Assembly (NCBI GenBank): GCA_963815195.1
Contig: CAWFGE010000013.1
Coordinates: 736,001-800,000, forward strand
Direction of reading: 5' to 3'
Length of the DNA: 64,000 bases
From: an uncultured Planctomycetaceae bacterium
GTDB taxonomy: Bacteria > Planctomycetota > Planctomycetia > Planctomycetales > Planctomycetaceae
Below are positions 61,600 through 64,000 of the stretch, one piece after another; positions within the stretch are counted from its first letter, which is position 1, and every line of letters begins with the position of its first letter. Below the pieces are notes generated by a model. It did no database searches. It saw nothing but the letters and a program-made list of their open reading frames with translations, and was not told the origin of the DNA. A program made the position numbers and the translations under genes.

Positions 61600-63180
61600 T
61601 CAGCATCGACAATGCCAAAAGTCTGGATACGGAATTTCCGCCCATCGCAAATTGGATCTTTCCCAAGGGGTCATGCTCACAAGATTCCAGCCGGGCGCAA
61701 TGAAGCCGAAAGGCGCCGCGACGAACAAGCGCAGCGTGACAGCGAGACGTTCAGGCGCGAACTTGAACTGGACCCAAGCCGCGGCACCGCCGGCGGTGAG
61801 GATCGTGAGGACGTTCAAGTAATACCAGATGGAATGTCCGGGGGGCTCGGCTTTTTTGAGATTCGTCATCGCGAGCGTCGCCGCCGAGCGGACGGGGGGT
61901 TCGGTATGCGTTTGCGCGATTTTTTGCAGCGTGCTGATCGCAGCCCGCCCGTTGTAGCCCGTCTCACCGAGGGATTTGACGATCTCGGCGGCCAGCGTCG
62001 TGTCGTATTGAGCCAAATTGTCCACCGCCGTCAACAGCCTTTGGGCGGCGGGTTCCGAGGTCCGCCCCAGTTTGCCGAGGGATTCCGCCGCGGCCATTTT
62101 GACGGACTCGTTGCCGTCGTTGAAGGCGGTGATCCAGAGGTGCTCGGCTTCGGGATCCTGTCGGCCGCTCAAGAGGGAAAAGATCACGACGAGCAGCACC
62201 GCGAAGCCACAGATCACACTCAGAATCGCCCACCGCGGCGGGGCCGCCGGGCGGTCCGGCGTGGTGTGCAGAATCGTGGGGGCCGAGCGCGTGTCGGTCA
62301 ACTCGGCGGGCTGGGAATCGGCGGGCGGCTTTTCAAAGGGGCGAAGGTTCTGTTTGACGATAATCGTCTGGGTGACTGCTTTGAGCCGTTTCGCCACGGC
62401 GTCGGCATCGGCCGGGCGGGCCGCGGGATCCTTTTGGAGCAGATCGTTTACCAACTGTTCGAGACCGGCGGGGCAATCGGGCGCGAACTGTCCCACGCGG
62501 GGCGGTGCGTCCTTGATGTGCTGGTGCAAGATCTCGGCGGCGGTTTCCCCTTCAAAGGGAGGCCGGCCCGCGAGCAGCTCGAAAAAAACGCAGCCCAAAG
62601 AGTACAAGTCGGTCTGCGGCGTGATGTCCTTGCCGCGAATTTGCTCGGGGGCCATGTATTGATAGGTGCCCATCGTGCGGCCCTCGGCGGTGATCCTGCG
62701 GGCCGCGGCCACGCTTGCCAAGCCGAAGTCCCCCAACTTGAGCCGCCCGGAGCTCGTAATCAGAAAGTTGCCCGGCTTAATATCGCGGTGCACGACGCCA
62801 TGCTCGTGCGAGAAGGCGAGGGCCGAGCACATTTGCAGGCCGTATTCCACAACCAGCTCCCACGCCAGCCGCCCGCGCTGCATCAAGAGTTCGTCGAGCG
62901 TGCCGCCTTCCACCAGTTCCATCGCGTAGAAGTGGCGCTTGTTTTTGCATTCGCCGCCGAAGCAGCGGACGATGTGCGGGTGCCTGAGCTTTTTGAGGAT
63001 GTCCACTTCCCGCTGAAACCGCGCGAGCGTCGTCTCGTCGCTGACATCGCTGGGCAGCAATTTGACGGCGAACAGCTTGTCGTTGACCACGTACCGCGCA
63101 CGGTACACCACGCCCATCCCGCCTTCGCCGATCTTTTCCACCAGCTCGAACGGCCAGATCCAGCGTTCGCTCTCTTGCAT
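61600..63180 (-). CDS. Hanks-type Ser/Thr protein kinase with TM and HEAT-like repeats (C-terminus may extend to 61403 via an indel)
   Basis: IGEGGMGVVY, AVKLL, HRDIKPGN, DFG, GTYQYMAPEQ, DLYSLG; AAAESLGKLG. Confidence 0.93.
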   Translation of the reverse strand: MQESERWIWPFELVEKIGEGGMGVVYRARYVVNDKLFAVKLLPSDVSDETTLARFQREVDILKKLRHPHIVRCFGGECKNKRHFYAMELVEGGTLDELLMQRGRLAWELVVEYGLQMCSALAFSHEHGVVHRDIKPGNFLITSSGRLKLGDFGLASVAAARRITAEGRTMGTYQYMAPEQIRGKDITPQTDLYSLGCVFFELLAGRPPFEGETAAEILHQHIKDAPPRVGQFAPDCPAGLEQLVNDLLQKDPAARPADADAVAKRLKAVTQTIIVKQNLRPFEKPPADSQPAELTDTRSAPTILHTTPDRPAAPPRWAILSVICGFAVLLVVIFSLLSGRQDPEAEHLWITAFNDGNESVKMAAAESLGKLGRTSEPAAQRLLTAVDNLAQYDTTLAAEIVKSLGETGYNGRAAISTLQKIAQTHTEPPVRSAATLAMTNLKKAEPPGHSIWYYLNVLTILTAGGAAAWVQFKFAPERLAVTLRLFVAAPFGFIAPGWNLVSMTPWERSNLRWAEIPYPDFWHCRC

Positions 63181-63532
63181 GGAATTCAACGTAGCCATTC
63201 CTCACTCGGCTGGCTAGCTTGCGCGGTTTCTAAAAACGCCCCACTTTTCAGCCTAGCGGATCCGAGGCGGATTTGCCATTTAAGAGGCAGGTGGGGCGAA
63301 CGAACAACGCCCGGCTTCCCTGGGAAACCGGGCCATTGATTAACGGCGGGATGCGAACGGGCGGGACTCGGGAGAAATCGCCCGGGTTCCTCCTGGTCCA
63401 TTATACCCGAGCGCGAATCCGCCCGGAAATAGCGAAACCCCGCGCGCCCGAGAACATCACGAAGAATTTTGGTGTGACTTTTTCTGTCGCAGGGCACCCG
63501 AAAACGCGATTGTTCCCGCGCGGGAAATGATT

Positions 63533-64000
63533 TCAATTCGGCCCGTCGTCGGTCCGTACCTGGACCTGAAGCGCCCCCAGCATTTTGGTGATTTGCTGCT
63601 CTTTGCTGTTGATGAAGAACACGTTTTCCAAGACCACGGCCCGGCGTTCGTTGCTGGGGTGCAAAATCAACCGTCCGGCCCGCAGCAGGAGATACTCGAA
63701 CAGGTCGTTGATTTCTTTGTCGATCCGCAGATTCGGGGCCGAAAAGCGTTCCAGATCGCTCAACACGCCGTGGTGGTGCAATAGCTCGTTGGGGCGGACT
63801 TCCCAATAATCGAACTGCACGCTGATCGCGACCGCGATGTAAATCACGACGAGCGCTGTGGCAAAGATGCCATAGAACTTCGCATTGGCGAACGGCCTGA
63901 GGTTCTTCACAAAGTCGCCCAACCAAGGCAGCAAGTCGGGATAGGCGCTCGAGAGGAGCCACAGCCCCATAAACGCCGCGACGCCGATGAAAAAGAACGT
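63533..64000 (-). CDS. Hypothetical membrane protein, C-terminal part (start outside the window)
   Basis: TM helices followed by the soluble segment DYWEVRPNELLHHHG...DLFEYLLLRAGRLIL. Confidence 0.7.
   Translation of the reverse strand, partial: TFFFIGVAAFMGLWLLSSAYPDLLPWLGDFVKNLRPFANAKFYGIFATALVVIYIAVAISVQFDYWEVRPNELLHHHGVLSDLERFSAPNLRIDKEINDLFEYLLLRAGRLILHPSNERRAVVLENVFFINSKEQQITKMLGALQVQVRTDDGPN

Overview
GC-rich bacterial chromosomal segment, most likely Planctomycetota (DUF1559 pilin-like gene, DUF4058 paralogs, CRTAC1/ASPIC-UnbV proteins, PVC-type heme-c protein, planctomycete-style REP palindromes). It mixes housekeeping genes (coaE, rho, ribH, nusB, sat, hemE, hemY/G, hisA, hisH, aroK, eda, uxuA) with accessory modules. 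About nine genes are split by 1-2 bp indels, including rho, which points to assembly errors rather than biology. The best candidate for an undescribed system is at 55.8-61.3 kb (minus strand): an OmpR-family regulator, a duplicated stand-alone receiver and a sensor kinase, followed by a P-II/SbtB-like protein, a membrane-targeted Cys/His leader peptide ending in an arrest-type RGPP motif, a C-rich spacer and a SulP anion transporter. Also notable are a DUF4058 tandem with a fossil third copy bracketing two small Cys-rich paralogs, a collapsed prophage remnant (integrase N-terminus plus tape-measure fragment) beside tRNA-Gln(CTG), and several REP-like families, one amplified into tandem arrays. 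All family calls come from motif recognition by eye; no searches were run.
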